DNA of 37,220 nucleotides from a virus (lineage: Duplodnaviria > Heunggongvirae > Uroviricota > Caudoviricetes), in IMG/VR virus record IMGVR_UViG_2718218102_000005, positions 1-37,220 of that record; one strand, 5' to 3'. Positions 1 through 9,876 of this stretch are shown piece after piece; within the stretch, counting starts at the first letter, position 1, and the number at the start of each line of letters is the position of its first letter. The position numbers and the translations under genes are program-made. A model generated the notes under the pieces. It was given only the letters and a program-made list of their open reading frames with translations. It was not told the DNA's origin and did no database searches.

Positions 1-1
1 C

Positions 2-48
2 ACTGTTTATCCATACAGTTAAAAATAATACTGTATACAAACACAGTA
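2..48 (+). promoter_or_regulatory. Two tandem LexA (SOS) boxes upstream of the dinI-like gene
   Basis: Read directly: aCTGTttatccatACAGt (2-19) and TACTGTatacaaacACAGTA (29-48) both fit CTGT-N8-ACAG; the second is a near-consensus 20-bp box. They lie 14-60 bp upstream of the ATG at 62. Confidence 0.55.
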
Positions 49-61
49 TAGAGGGACTTTT

Positions 62-310
62 ATGCGTATTGAAATCTGCATAGCCAAAGAAAAAATGACT
101 AAAATGCCAACCGGTGCTGTGGATGCGTTAAAGGAAGAATTAACCCGACGCATCAGTAAACGTTATGACGATGTAGAGGTGCTCGTAAAAGCCACCAGCA
201 ACGATGGCCTTTCTGTTACACGCATCGCAGATAAGGATTCTGCAAAAACTTTTGTTCAGGAGACTCTGAAAGATACCTGGGAATCTGCTGACGAGTGGTT
301 TGTTCACTAA
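62..310 (+). CDS. dinI: DinI-like SOS damage-inducible protein
   Basis: 82-aa ORF; MRIEI... start and ...[11 protein letters not shown] end match the DinI family as I recall it; SD-like gaggga upstream; LexA boxes just 5'. Confidence 0.75.
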   Translation: MRIEICIAKEKMTKMPTGAVDALKEELTRRISKRYDDVEVLVKATSNDGLSVTRIADKDSAKTFVQETLKDTWESADEWFVH

Positions 311-378
311 TTAACACGTAAAATCGGTAACGGCTGGAAATCATTCAATACTCGCACTATCGAAAGTTCGCCAGCCAG

Positions 379-422
379 CCGCAGCACGTCCTGCATATGT
401 CGTGGCTGCGGTTTTTCTTTTT
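379..422 (+). terminator. Rho-independent terminator after dinI-like gene
   Basis: GC-rich inverted repeat ccgcagcacg (379-388) / cgtggctgcgg (401-411) followed by tttttcttttt (412-422). Confidence 0.5.
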
Positions 423-425
423 CGC

Positions 426-908
426 TTACATTGTGTCTGGTTCTTCCGGCCACTGAATATCCGGAGCGCCGGAAGTATCGACCATTTCCAGTGCGTCAAG
501 ATAATCCAGCCACAAATTATATTGAGACAGTTCCTCACCTTTCAGACGACCAATAGCCGCTTTACCAGGCCATTGTTTACTGTTCATATAATTGTTAGCC
601 TGATTAATCAATTGCTGCTTTTCCAGTTCGGCTGCAGCAATCTGTTCCTCATGTGTTGGTGGTGGTATATCCACCCAAGCAGGCATCCCGTCATCCCCCA
701 CACCAATAGTTTTTCCTTCCGGTGGCTGTCCGGTAAATTCGGCTGATACCTCATCAGAAACATCAATACCATTCTCAGGCCACATGCCACTTTCCTGATA
801 TTCAGTCTGGAGTGCATAAGCCAGCAGCCGCACATTATTTACATCCCAGATAAAACCATGAATGCGGGGCGGCTCCGGAAGAGTCTTGTCTTCATTTTTA
901 GTTGTCAT
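426..908 (-). CDS. Tail fibre assembly protein (Tfa-like chaperone)
   Basis: 160-aa ORF; C-terminal WPGKAAIGRLKGEELSQYNLWLDYLDALEMVDTSGAPDIQWPEEP is the conserved Tfa/gpG-type motif; directly downstream of the tail-fibre gene. Confidence 0.8.
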   Translation of the reverse strand: MTTKNEDKTLPEPPRIHGFIWDVNNVRLLAYALQTEYQESGMWPENGIDVSDEVSAEFTGQPPEGKTIGVGDDGMPAWVDIPPPTHEEQIAAAELEKQQLINQANNYMNSKQWPGKAAIGRLKGEELSQYNLWLDYLDALEMVDTSGAPDIQWPEEPDTM

Positions 909-910
909 AA

Positions 911-1591
911 TTAATATCCAATAGCAAAAAAATAAGCGTCAGAAAGATTAGAGTCGGGGCTCGTACCTGACGTTAAGCAAGTTACGGCATTGAAACCTGT
1001 TGCTGTGACTGATTCGCATGACGTCACAACTTGCGCATAAGTTGCCTTTGTGCAGAAAACACCCCAGATATTCGTCGGGAACGGTGTCGGATAGGTGACA
1101 GGGATTGTTGTCGGCATACCAATTGATGTTGAGTTGGCAAGCCTACGCCGAAAGACCTGGATGATTAAACCATTGGGAAGTTTAGCTAACAGATTGTCAG
1201 AGCCTTTCCCTGTAAGCTGGAAATAACTCATATCAGGTATTTCAAACGATTGAGTATTACCGACATTACGGCCAGATGCTGTCCCGAGATCTCCCAAACC
1301 AAGGTTTTCGAGAGCCGTTTGCACAGTGCCATCCGATTTGATATCGCCAAACGGATTCTTGCGGCTTAACAGCAGCGCACGAAGCGCGGTAAGCAGCTGG
1401 TCGTGCCGCGCCTTCTCCAGACTGGCACCGGATGCCTCAACAACGCTACAAAGTTCTTCCTGCAACATGTCAAAGTAGTCATCATCCAGATCGGTGGCAG
1501 GCGTGCCAGTCTGGGGGTTACCACGGGTAAAACCGTTTTTACCCGCGCCGAACTTATCCTTCTGCGCGGTTTTCGTGTCTATACGATGCAT
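911..1591 (-). CDS. Tail fibre protein (short, Mu/e14-type)
   Basis: 226-aa ORF between baseplate genes and Tfa; Gly/Thr/Ser-rich C-terminal half typical of fibre tips; family recalled from memory. Confidence 0.65.
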   Translation of the reverse strand: MHRIDTKTAQKDKFGAGKNGFTRGNPQTGTPATDLDDDYFDMLQEELCSVVEASGASLEKARHDQLLTALRALLLSRKNPFGDIKSDGTVQTALENLGLGDLGTASGRNVGNTQSFEIPDMSYFQLTGKGSDNLLAKLPNGLIIQVFRRRLANSTSIGMPTTIPVTYPTPFPTNIWGVFCTKATYAQVVTSCESVTATGFNAVTCLTSGTSPDSNLSDAYFFAIGY

Positions 1592-1594
1592 GGA

Positions 1595-2179
1595 TTACTC
1601 CGGATATTTAAAAATTACGTAGGTATGCGAAGGGCAGAGTTTGTTAAGCACGCACTCGACAACGGTGTCGCCCCAGATACGCAGTGCGGAATCACAGGGA
1701 TCGCCACATGTCATCCAGGTGGTGTTGGTGGCGGCTGGCATGTTGACCTGCCAGTAATACCGCCATTCCGGCGCATTCACTGCGTCAGTACAGGCCGATG
1801 AGCAGGTGAACGTGCTTTTATCGTATCGCGTGATAGTGGCGTCTGGTCTGCCCAGGGCAGCAAGCTGTGCAAGATAAAAATCCTCATTGATGCCGCCCGC
1901 CAGATTAACCTTCGCATCCAGCCGTTGCTGACGCTGGCGAAGGGTCTGTGTCCCTGCGGGAATACATTCATCCGGCAGACCGCACAGACGCTCCCAGCGG
2001 TTTATCAGTTCAGTGGTGGTGCGCGGATCCAGCTCCCGCATCAGGGCATCCGCACGCTGATGAACGCGGGTTAATGACGGTGCCGCACCGGCAATCGCCG
2101 GATCGCTGACTGACCACGCCGGACCGGGCGGCAACAGTGCCGACAACAGACGGATATAATCATCGTTTGTCACGTCCAT
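1595..2179 (-). CDS. Tail protein, DUF2313 / YmfQ / Mu gp48-like
   Basis: 194-aa ORF immediately downstream of the baseplate J-like gene, same length and position as e14 YmfQ and Mu gp48. Confidence 0.65.
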   Translation of the reverse strand: MDVTNDDYIRLLSALLPPGPAWSVSDPAIAGAAPSLTRVHQRADALMRELDPRTTTELINRWERLCGLPDECIPAGTQTLRQRQQRLDAKVNLAGGINEDFYLAQLAALGRPDATITRYDKSTFTCSSACTDAVNAPEWRYYWQVNMPAATNTTWMTCGDPCDSALRIWGDTVVECVLNKLCPSHTYVIFKYPE

Positions 2180-3228
2180 GAAATCGTCCCCAGAACCGCC
2201 AGCTCATTTTTTGCAATGGAGATATTGTCCGCCGGGGCAAGCAACTGATGGCTGTATTCCCCGTTCGCACCGGAAATCGCTTCACTGATACGTGACACCT
2301 TCAGTTCTCCCTGCGGATAACCATCACGCAGCAGGAACGAACGCAACTCGGCGGTGATGGCAGCCCGTATTTCCGGTGTGTCCGGCGTCACGCGGATATG
2401 AAAATCCACTTTATGCGCCACCGGCCTGAATACATACAAATCAGAGCCTGCCACCGGGGCCAGTGGCTCGATATGTTGTCTTGCCGCCGTTTCCGTTGAC
2501 TCTTCCGGAATGGGATTAATCAGGTCACTGCTGGCAATCATCACACCGACAGTCCCCGTTCCCATCCCGTGTCGGTATGTCCATGCGCGGGTAATGCCGG
2601 GCACTTCTTTAGCCCAGACGACATAGTCCCCGTCAGCCCCGCCCTGAGGCGTCCAGTAATACCGCTCAATGACGCGGGCGCGCCACGTTTCCAGCTCTTC
2701 AGTATCAAATCCGCCTGTCAGGGTGTCAGCCACACCGGAAGACGGCAGACCATTCACCGGCGTGACCAGGATTAATGCCGTACCGTCGTCAGCGTTACCG
2801 ACCGCGCCTGCACTTGAGCAGGCGATCGGCACACGCAGGACACCACCAGTGCTGGTTGCATCGGCAGTTGCCGTGTACTGAACCAGGTCATCGCGCTGAA
2901 TAACACTCCCGGCGGTCACCTTCAGGCCATCGCTGACACCTTCCCAGCGCATATACCCGCTGGCAGCCGTGGCCCCCTTGCGCGGACACCGTTTCATCGC
3001 AGCATGTCGCGCCAGCCAGGACTCATCGCACAGGTCAGGCAGCATGTTCATTGCCAGATAATCGATGTACCCGTAAACCGTATGCAGCGCCGCCGCATAC
3101 ACCTTTGCCCGCACGTCTTCATCCATGCGCCGGAGCGTGTCGCTGACGTCCAGCCTGGCGAATAAATCGTTACGGAGCATACTGATATTTTCTGCCAGCG
3201 TCGGGCGCTGAAATTCACTGTCCGCCAT
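2170..3228 (-). CDS. Baseplate J-like protein (Mu gp47-like)
   Basis: 352-aa ORF; position and size in a Mu-like baseplate cluster (gp44-gp48 order); overlaps neighbours by a few nt. Confidence 0.75.
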   Translation of the reverse strand: MADSEFQRPTLAENISMLRNDLFARLDVSDTLRRMDEDVRAKVYAAALHTVYGYIDYLAMNMLPDLCDESWLARHAAMKRCPRKGATAASGYMRWEGVSDGLKVTAGSVIQRDDLVQYTATADATSTGGVLRVPIACSSAGAVGNADDGTALILVTPVNGLPSSGVADTLTGGFDTEELETWRARVIERYYWTPQGGADGDYVVWAKEVPGITRAWTYRHGMGTGTVGVMIASSDLINPIPEESTETAARQHIEPLAPVAGSDLYVFRPVAHKVDFHIRVTPDTPEIRAAITAELRSFLLRDGYPQGELKVSRISEAISGANGEYSHQLLAPADNISIAKNELAVLGTISWT

Positions 3229-3643
3229 GCGTTATCGCACTCCACAGATCATCAAAAGAAATCATTACCGGTCCGTCACGACGCCAGAGAGTGATACTGT
3301 TACCCAGTTCATTAATCCCGGTGCGGCGGATATCCAGATCAATACGGGACACCACGCCATCATCAATCATCCATTGCAGGCATTCGCGGATATACCCCCT
3401 TACCGTCTGCACCAGCTGATTGGTCAGTTTGCTGCGCTGAAGCAGCCACAGTCGGGAGCCGTAACGGTCATTCTGTACCGCAGGCCAGGTATCCCCCCAC
3501 CATCCCATCGGGACGTCGGCGTTGTCATCAGGCTCCGCCCGCCGCCAGGTAAACAGGGAAATCACCACGGCGCGGGTCAGCGGATCCAGCGGTGCGCTGG
3601 CGCAGGTGCGTTTACCGTTCACCGTCAGCCACAGTTCCATCAT
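3215..3643 (-). CDS. Baseplate protein, Mu gp46-like
   Basis: 142-aa ORF between the V-like spike and J-like genes. Confidence 0.6.
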   Translation of the reverse strand: MMELWLTVNGKRTCASAPLDPLTRAVVISLFTWRRAEPDDNADVPMGWWGDTWPAVQNDRYGSRLWLLQRSKLTNQLVQTVRGYIRECLQWMIDDGVVSRIDLDIRRTGINELGNSITLWRRDGPVMISFDDLWSAITHGGQ

Positions 3644-4188
3644 GCCTCCATCGCTTTATCAGGTTTGTCGGTGTTACTGCCCTGACCGTTCTCTCTGTGA
3701 CGATGCCCGTTATAGGCAAGCCGCATCGCTGACATGGTGGTGCCGCTGGAGTCGCACAGGTCTTTCACCTGTCCTGTCACTTCCAGGTCCATTTCAAAAC
3801 GTGCTTTAGGTGAATTGCGAAACGTGATCGTTTTACCTGCACCGTCCACCACGATCCCCTCCCGGGTCAGCGTCACGGACTGCCCCTGATCGTCATAGAC
3901 AGCCACCTCCCCCGTCTGCAGCCCTTTCAGGCGGTAGCGCCGGTCCGACACCGTAACAACCACCGCATGAGAACGGTCGCCATCCGGAAACAACACCACC
4001 GCTTCCGCACCGCTGTTTGCCCTTGCGGTAAAACCGTAGGGTTCAAGATGTTCAACCCCAGCTTTGGGTTCACCGGCAATCAGGGACACATCCACGGTCT
4101 GACATTTCGTGGCGGCACTGATGCTTTTCACCACGGCCCGCCCAATCAGGCCGAGGAGTTGTCGCTGCATGGCTTCAATCGTCCTCAT
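3640..4188 (-). CDS. Baseplate assembly protein V-like (Mu gp45-like spike)
   Basis: 182-aa ORF; 4-nt overlap with neighbours; position in Mu-like baseplate cluster. Confidence 0.6.
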   Translation of the reverse strand: MRTIEAMQRQLLGLIGRAVVKSISAATKCQTVDVSLIAGEPKAGVEHLEPYGFTARANSGAEAVVLFPDGDRSHAVVVTVSDRRYRLKGLQTGEVAVYDDQGQSVTLTREGIVVDGAGKTITFRNSPKARFEMDLEVTGQVKDLCDSSGTTMSAMRLAYNGHRHRENGQGSNTDKPDKAMEA

Positions 4189-5267
4189 CAGAACGGGTCC
4201 TCCTGTACTCTGGCTTTTTTCTTTTTCCGCGCGCCGGGGGCTTCGGGTTCAGGCAGATAAGCATCAGGCGGGCCGACACGGATTTCCGTCAGGGTGCCGT
4301 TCTGGTCCTGAGTAAACGTGACTTCCGAAACAAGCAGTTCGGTATTGTCGAAACCACAGACCGGATCAAAGACAATCACCCGCTGGTTGGGCTGCCACAG
4401 CGTACCGTTACCCTGTCGCCAGCCCTGCACCACATAGGTGGTTTCATCCGTCCGCGCCGCCCGTTGTCTGGCTTCAAAGTCCGCACGGGCAATACAGCCT
4501 GCCCCCGTAGCCTGCCCTGTCTGCCTGATATACATCGGACGGTAACGGGCAATAAATGCGTCCTCTGTGCGGGCCCGCAGCGCGGTGGTGGTGGCCTCAC
4601 CGAAATCATCGTCGTTTCCGGCACGCTGCCCCGCCACCTGGTAAACAGAAAACCGCTCCCGGATACTCTTCTCCGTATCGCAGGAAAGGATGTTTTCCCC
4701 GAGTACCAGCGCAGTATGTGCCCGCGTTGAGCCAATACCGCCAATCACCAGCCTGCCGTGCGGGTCGTCGTAAGCCAGTGCCTGCTGCTGACCGAGTATT
4801 TTGTTGATTACCTCAATCACCGTTTCACCGTGATCAGGCTGAACATCAGGAATAACACCCGACGGCGCACCGCTGTTCACCACCTCAATGCCGAAAGGCG
4901 CAGCAAGCGCCTGCGCAATCTGCACCAGCGAGCGTCCGTTAAACTGTGTCGGTTCGGCTGCACAGTCAATCAGGTCAGCGGTCAGACTGCGTCCGGCAAT
5001 ACCGGTGCTGACCGAACGGGCATCGTAACGAACGGGCGTCGCCTCCACCCAGCCGGTGATCACCAGCTCATCACCAATCAGCACTTCCACTTTTGAACCG
5101 TTTTTAATGCGCGGCTGAAGCGTGGTGATACCCTCATCTCCCGGCCACTGGCGGGTGATCTCCACACTGAAATCCCGCGCCAGCCGTTCAATACCGGCAC
5201 CGATGCGCACCGATGTCCAGCCATTCCACTCCCGGCCATTTACCCGTAGCGTGACATTGTCGTTCAT
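4188..5267 (-). CDS. Tail/baseplate hub protein, late control D-like (Mu gp44-like)
   Basis: 359-aa ORF directly downstream of the circularisation protein N-like gene. Confidence 0.6.
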   Translation of the reverse strand: MNDNVTLRVNGREWNGWTSVRIGAGIERLARDFSVEITRQWPGDEGITTLQPRIKNGSKVEVLIGDELVITGWVEATPVRYDARSVSTGIAGRSLTADLIDCAAEPTQFNGRSLVQIAQALAAPFGIEVVNSGAPSGVIPDVQPDHGETVIEVINKILGQQQALAYDDPHGRLVIGGIGSTRAHTALVLGENILSCDTEKSIRERFSVYQVAGQRAGNDDDFGEATTTALRARTEDAFIARYRPMYIRQTGQATGAGCIARADFEARQRAARTDETTYVVQGWRQGNGTLWQPNQRVIVFDPVCGFDNTELLVSEVTFTQDQNGTLTEIRVGPPDAYLPEPEAPGARKKKKARVQEDPF

Positions 5268-6592
5268 TGCACTGGCACCTTCAGAGGGATCACCGGCACA
5301 AAGCCGGGATGCGTAATGGCATTACGCCGGATAATGTCCGCGTCACGCGCCGCGTTATCAAACCAGGTCGCCGCCAGCACCAGCGCGGGTAAAACCTCAT
5401 CCGGTGTGCGCTGAATGATCCGTGCAGACTGTTCAAGGCGCGTGTTGATATCCGCATTCAGATCTGCTTTCACCCGGCGCAGCGCCAGAAACAGCGCATC
5501 ACTGGTTGTACGGGACAACTCCTTATCAATTGCCGTATTCAGTGTGTCGCGAATGTCAGTCAGTTCTTCCCACGTCGGCAGGTCAACCGTGTTTTTCACC
5601 GCCGGTGCATTGTTCAGTGCCGGATGCGTGACGGAAGGCCAGCCAGTGCTCTGCGCAGGTGTTGTTGCCTGCCCCACTGCGGAATTCTGCATCACCGCGG
5701 AAGTTGTTGGCGCAGGCAATCGGGTGACGGCATACGCCGCTTCGCTGATTGCGGTCGTACGAAGGGTGCTGGCAACCACGTTACGCTGCTGCGTCGCCGT
5801 GGCGGTGGTTTTACTGTCCGTTTTCCAGACGCCGCGCGGTTGCAGATCGCTGCCGAGGCTGACACCGGAAAGCGTTTTGATCATGGTGACCAGGTCGCTG
5901 GCGTTACCATAAAGGCGTTTCCCGGTACGCCACATTTTCTGCACCTGCTCAACGAAATTTTTGCCTGACGATGGCGGCGGCAGAAGTACCGAGATATCCC
6001 CCTGCAACAGCCTGGCGGCATCCGATACGGCAGAATCCACCACTTTCATCGCATCAGAAACATACCCCAGCATTATGCTGGCATTACCGATAACGTCGTT
6101 CTGCACGAAATCCGCCACACCATCGATACTGAAACCGCTGAAGCTGTCACTGATGCAGTCATCCAGTGCAGAACAGGATGACATCAGCGTCTGCGCCGTC
6201 GCCGCACCTGATGTGGGGTAAGAGAGTTCTCCTGCTTCGACAAACTTCAGGTCAAAGCGGACAATACGCCCTTCACTTTTCGATGTGCTGACCCGAACTT
6301 CCCCGTCAACACAGACTTTCAGCTCACCATATGTCGGGTGGACAAGCGTGCCGGGACCGGGTTTATTCAGCGCGTCAATCAGGCGATCGCGCTGGTCAAA
6401 GCAGTCATCTCCCACCACATAAGCTGTGATGGACGGGCGGAAAGTGACTTTTCCCAGATCTTCGGTATAGGGCTTGTCGCGGTTCGGATATTCGTGTGTT
6501 TCCACACGGCGACCGGTTCCCGCACTTTCTTCTTCAACCTTAAACGGTACGCCGCGAAATGACGCATCCTGAAGCCTGTCTTTCCACGTCAT
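5264..6592 (-). CDS. DNA circularisation protein N-like (Mu gp43-like tail protein)
   Basis: 442-aa ORF, MTWKDRLQDASFRGVPFKVEEES... N-terminus; sits between tape measure and baseplate hub as in Mu-like tails. Confidence 0.65.
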   Translation of the reverse strand: MTWKDRLQDASFRGVPFKVEEESAGTGRRVETHEYPNRDKPYTEDLGKVTFRPSITAYVVGDDCFDQRDRLIDALNKPGPGTLVHPTYGELKVCVDGEVRVSTSKSEGRIVRFDLKFVEAGELSYPTSGAATAQTLMSSCSALDDCISDSFSGFSIDGVADFVQNDVIGNASIMLGYVSDAMKVVDSAVSDAARLLQGDISVLLPPPSSGKNFVEQVQKMWRTGKRLYGNASDLVTMIKTLSGVSLGSDLQPRGVWKTDSKTTATATQQRNVVASTLRTTAISEAAYAVTRLPAPTTSAVMQNSAVGQATTPAQSTGWPSVTHPALNNAPAVKNTVDLPTWEELTDIRDTLNTAIDKELSRTTSDALFLALRRVKADLNADINTRLEQSARIIQRTPDEVLPALVLAATWFDNAARDADIIRRNAITHPGFVPVIPLKVPVQ

Positions 6593-6607
6593 ATAAACTC
6601 CGGATAC

Positions 6608-6663
6608 AAAAAACCCGCCAAATCTGCTTTGTCAGTTATTTACATCGCAGAAGATGTGGCGGG
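6608..6663 (-). terminator. Rho-independent terminator (minus-strand sense) downstream of the tail moron
   Basis: Inverted repeat cccgcca (6614-6620) / tggcggg (6657-6663) with an inner ctgc/gcag pair; A-run 6608-6613 on the plus strand gives a U-run on the minus-strand transcript. Confidence 0.45.
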
Positions 6664-6682
6664 AACCTAATATTTTTAATTA

Positions 6683-7177
6683 CTATCTGAGTTGAACATC
6701 AATGGAATAAACATTACCACTCTTTATAAATTTAGAGTCCGTCCTTTCATCAAAGGATTCAAATGACTGTACCTTTGAAAACTTTTTCATTTTATTTTCA
6801 AAAATACTTTCATTAACACCAGTTAAATACTTGAATGCTCTACCAGCAAGGACCTCATTACTTAAAGTTTGTGTGTTTTTATTGTCTTTGAAAAACCAAA
6901 TAATAACCTTTTGTGGACATGATGGATTATAAACAGATATATAAAACTGCGGCTCATATTTTTCATCAGCATCATCGCCAAGCATTTCTTCAAAAGACAA
7001 TTCTCTCCTGAATTCATATTGACGCTTAGTTATTCCTTCATCCTTTACTATCTCTTGCTTAACTGGTGCAATACCTATAGAAGAGATTAATTCTGACTCA
7101 TTAAAGCTGAACTTACACTCTTCCGCTGCCAAGTTAAAAGATAAAAGTGCAGATATAAAAAACACAAAGATACGCAT
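6683..7177 (-). CDS. AT-rich moron: small secreted protein of unknown function
   Basis: ORF track 6683-7195; preferred start is the ATG at 7177 (MRIFVFFISALLSFNLAAEE..., SD-like gaaggg 6 nt upstream), giving a typical signal peptide with an A-A/E cleavage site; two Cys in the mature part; visibly AT-rich against GC-rich tail genes. Confidence 0.6.
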   Translation of the reverse strand: MRIFVFFISALLSFNLAAEECKFSFNESELISSIGIAPVKQEIVKDEGITKRQYEFRRELSFEEMLGDDADEKYEPQFYISVYNPSCPQKVIIWFFKDNKNTQTLSNEVLAGRAFKYLTGVNESIFENKMKKFSKVQSFESFDERTDSKFIKSGNVYSIDVQLR

Positions 7178-7276
7178 AATCATCCCTTCAATCATTTGTA
7201 AGGAGTGATTATATTAACTGCTTAAAGTTGAAAACCCAAATTATGCCAGACAAAAACACATTAATCATTTTGTACA

Positions 7277-9109
7277 CTACCTGAACCGCGTATAGCCAAC
7301 ATCATGGCTGACATCAATACCGCTGGATCGCGTTTCCATAACCCGCATACCTGGTGGCATATTCACAAAAGATACCTTGATCTCACCATCAACTTTTGGC
7401 GCAGAAGCTTTGTTTATCATGAAGGGATTCGGGCCTGTGGCACCGGAGGCGTTGTTTGACTGCGCCGGATCCACCGCCGGGTAAGGTGTGTATCCCCGCG
7501 CCGGTATTCCCGTCCCATAAGCATCATAGGCACCTGCGCCCCACTGCGCAGAGTTAATGGCATCGACCGTGTCACCGGAACTGTCAGTAAACCACTCAAT
7601 AATTGGCTTCAGCTTGTCCCACATATCCTGAAACCACTTAACAACCGGTCCCCAGTTATTGATCACCATCCCCAGCGGCGACCAGGCAAAAACTTTCTTG
7701 AGGAGTTCCCAGCCAACCTCAAAATAAGGACCAATGGTTTCCCAGAGCTTCTTGAAATAAGGTCCAACAACATCCCAGTTAGTGATAATTAATCCCGCAG
7801 CCAGGGCAATCGCCGTCGCAATCATGCCAATCGGCGTCATCGACATGATCCTGCTGACGATACTGATGGCACTGCCCACGCCCATCAATCCCAGTTTCAG
7901 AATCGCAAGACCGGCAGCAAGCCCGACGACGCCGCGAATAACCCGGGGATTTTGATCCGCAAACTTCGTGAATTTCTCCCCCAACTCCCCCAGCCATTGC
8001 GTGATATTTTTAGCGTCACCAGAAAATGCGCCGCCAATAGCTGCAAGGCCGTTAGTTGCGGTCCCCGTCATTGCCTCCCACAGGTTGGACAACGTACCAA
8101 GCTGTGCCTGAACACGTTTATTCAGGCTGGCCTGTTTATTCATCTTCTGCTGGATCTGATCGTAACCATCCTTTCCTTTATCGATCAGCGCATTGACCAC
8201 CTGAATGGTTTCGGCATCATCACCAAATATTGCCTTAAGTACATTAGTTCGCTTAACGTCAGTCAGTTTTCGCAACTTTGCCAGTTGCTTAAACATGTTA
8301 TCAAGACCGCCAAAACTTCCTTTGCCGTCAGTAAAATCGAGCTGTACCCCGAGTTTCTGGCGGGCCATGACTTTATTGACGTCCCTGATTTTCTTAACAC
8401 TTAATCCGGACTGGATAACTTTTCGCAGGGCATTACCTGCCGCCTCCCCGTTCATCCCCATCTGATCCATCATGACGCTGATGGGGGCAAGGCTCTGTGC
8501 AGCCTGAAGACCGTCCTTGTTCACCATCTTCAGAACAGAGCTGGTTTTAGTGAAGAAGGACAACATGTTGGTATCGTCAACGCCCAGATAAAACGCCTTC
8601 TGGATAGTGTCGAACAGCCCCATCATGTCTTCTGACGCCGTTCCGGTAGCATCCTGCATCTTTGCAGCAAACTCAGCAGCCGCTTCCGGTGTTTTTTTCA
8701 GTTGTACCGCAAGATAAGCTGTCGCTTTACCCACACCACCCAGAATGTTTTCTGCCGGGATCCCCTGACGCACCAGCATCTGCATCATGTTCTGGAAATC
8801 AGCCGTTGTACCGGGTAGCTGGTTACCCAGGCCAATAGCCAGTTTATTGATGTCCTGAAAGCTCTTTCCAACCTCGCCATTCGCATCCATCATGGCGACT
8901 TTCAGCCCGGTGGCGGCGTTTTCCTGATCGGCATAAGATTTCAGGGAAAGCGTCAGACCCGCTGCCAGTCCGCCACCAAGCGCCAGCCCACCCTGTGACG
9001 CTTCTTCCGCCTGGCGTTTAAATCCCCGGATTTTCTTTTGCATTTTCGACAGCGCGGGAGAAAGCCTGTCGACACCGGTGATCAACGCCTTAAGCTCAAA
9101 TTCAGCCAT
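7277..9109 (-). CDS. Tail tape measure protein
   Basis: 610-aa ORF downstream of the frameshifted chaperone pair; Ala/Gly/Leu-rich helical N-terminus, hydrophobic middle and W-rich C-terminal part as in tape measure proteins. Confidence 0.8.
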   Translation of the reverse strand: MAEFELKALITGVDRLSPALSKMQKKIRGFKRQAEEASQGGLALGGGLAAGLTLSLKSYADQENAATGLKVAMMDANGEVGKSFQDINKLAIGLGNQLPGTTADFQNMMQMLVRQGIPAENILGGVGKATAYLAVQLKKTPEAAAEFAAKMQDATGTASEDMMGLFDTIQKAFYLGVDDTNMLSFFTKTSSVLKMVNKDGLQAAQSLAPISVMMDQMGMNGEAAGNALRKVIQSGLSVKKIRDVNKVMARQKLGVQLDFTDGKGSFGGLDNMFKQLAKLRKLTDVKRTNVLKAIFGDDAETIQVVNALIDKGKDGYDQIQQKMNKQASLNKRVQAQLGTLSNLWEAMTGTATNGLAAIGGAFSGDAKNITQWLGELGEKFTKFADQNPRVIRGVVGLAAGLAILKLGLMGVGSAISIVSRIMSMTPIGMIATAIALAAGLIITNWDVVGPYFKKLWETIGPYFEVGWELLKKVFAWSPLGMVINNWGPVVKWFQDMWDKLKPIIEWFTDSSGDTVDAINSAQWGAGAYDAYGTGIPARGYTPYPAVDPAQSNNASGATGPNPFMINKASAPKVDGEIKVSFVNMPPGMRVMETRSSGIDVSHDVGYTRFR

Positions 9110-9284
9110 GTGTGCGTTTCTCCTGCTCTATCCTGTTTGCCTGACTGACCAGTAAGGGAATTTCACTGATCGGCATATTCAGCAATTCGAAAGGATTAAT
9201 GCGCCAGTAGCTGGCGCAGTCAAAGAAGCGATCAGTGAGGTATTCAGCCGTCAGGCCTGGAGGAAAAAACCAGCCACAAGCCAC
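9102..9284 (-). CDS. Frameshift extension of tail assembly chaperone (GT-like product, -1 frame)
   Basis: ORF in the -1 frame overlapping the 3' end of the chaperone gene; it has no ATG (track start is GTG), consistent with expression only by frameshifting; ends 8 nt into the tape measure gene. Confidence 0.55.
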   Translation of the reverse strand: MACGWFFPPGLTAEYLTDRFFDCASYWRINPFELLNMPISEIPLLVSQANRIEQEKRTHG

Positions 9285-9520
9285 GCCGCTGCATTCAGGT
9301 CTGCCGGAGACATCTGGTCGACAGAGCTTTGCGGCACTTTCGCCAGCCGCACAATGTATTTCGACACCACATGCGCCAGAAGTTTGACTGACTCATCCTG
9401 ATTCATCTGGTAGGGATACCCCAGCTCGCGGACATCCTTCCCGGTGGGCTCATCAAACTCCAGTACGGAGAGTGTCTCACCATGAGCGATAATCGGTTTC
9501 TTTAACTCAAGCTCTTTCAT
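9251..9520 (-). CDS. Tail assembly chaperone (G-like, Mu gp41-like)
   Basis: 89-aa ORF between tail tube and tape measure, the conserved chaperone position; contains a slippery heptamer near its 3' end. Confidence 0.65.
   Translation of the reverse strand: MKELELKKPIIAHGETLSVLEFDEPTGKDVRELGYPYQMNQDESVKLLAHVVSKYIVRLAKVPQSSVDQMSPADLNAAAWLVAGFFLQA
9263..9269 (-). other. Slippery heptamer T-TTT-TTC for programmed -1 ribosomal frameshift
   Basis: Plus-strand gaaaaaa (9263-9269) is ttttttc on the coding strand, within codons GGT TTT TTC of the chaperone frame; a -1 slip continues into the 9102-9284 ORF. Confidence 0.55.
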
Positions 9521-9876
9521 TACTGGTAATCCCCTTCTTCACCGTGGAACTCAAGATCAACCGTGCCTTCTTCGGCATTATGGTTCGCTTCGCCGTGCAG
9601 CCAGGCGGACGACAATACATAGACCTGACCGTTCGCCAGCTCGGCAGTGATGGTCATCTCATCAGACGAGGTGATTTTGCTCACCGGAAAATTCTTCGGC
9701 ACCTTGAAGGTCCCTTTGACATAAGGCGCACGGTGAGTTTCCTTGCGGTCCACTGAACCGTCCAGGCCGATGATGTCATCATTGACCGTCCTGTTCATGG
9801 GCACCTCAATGCCGCCGGTCAGCGATAGCTGTTGACCGTCAATTTTGAAATAACAGGTTCCCCCGATACGGGCCAT
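9520..9876 (-). CDS. Tail tube protein (contractile tail)
   Basis: 118-aa ORF immediately downstream of the sheath gene, abutting it. Confidence 0.7.
   Translation of the reverse strand: MARIGGTCYFKIDGQQLSLTGGIEVPMNRTVNDDIIGLDGSVDRKETHRAPYVKGTFKVPKNFPVSKITSSDEMTITAELANGQVYVLSSAWLHGEANHNAEEGTVDLEFHGEEGDYQ

Noticed and set aside
7417-8465. Several 60-150-aa ORFs on both strands inside the tape measure gene
   Set aside because: All lie within or antisense to the 610-aa tape measure ORF and have Cys/Arg-rich or low-complexity translations.
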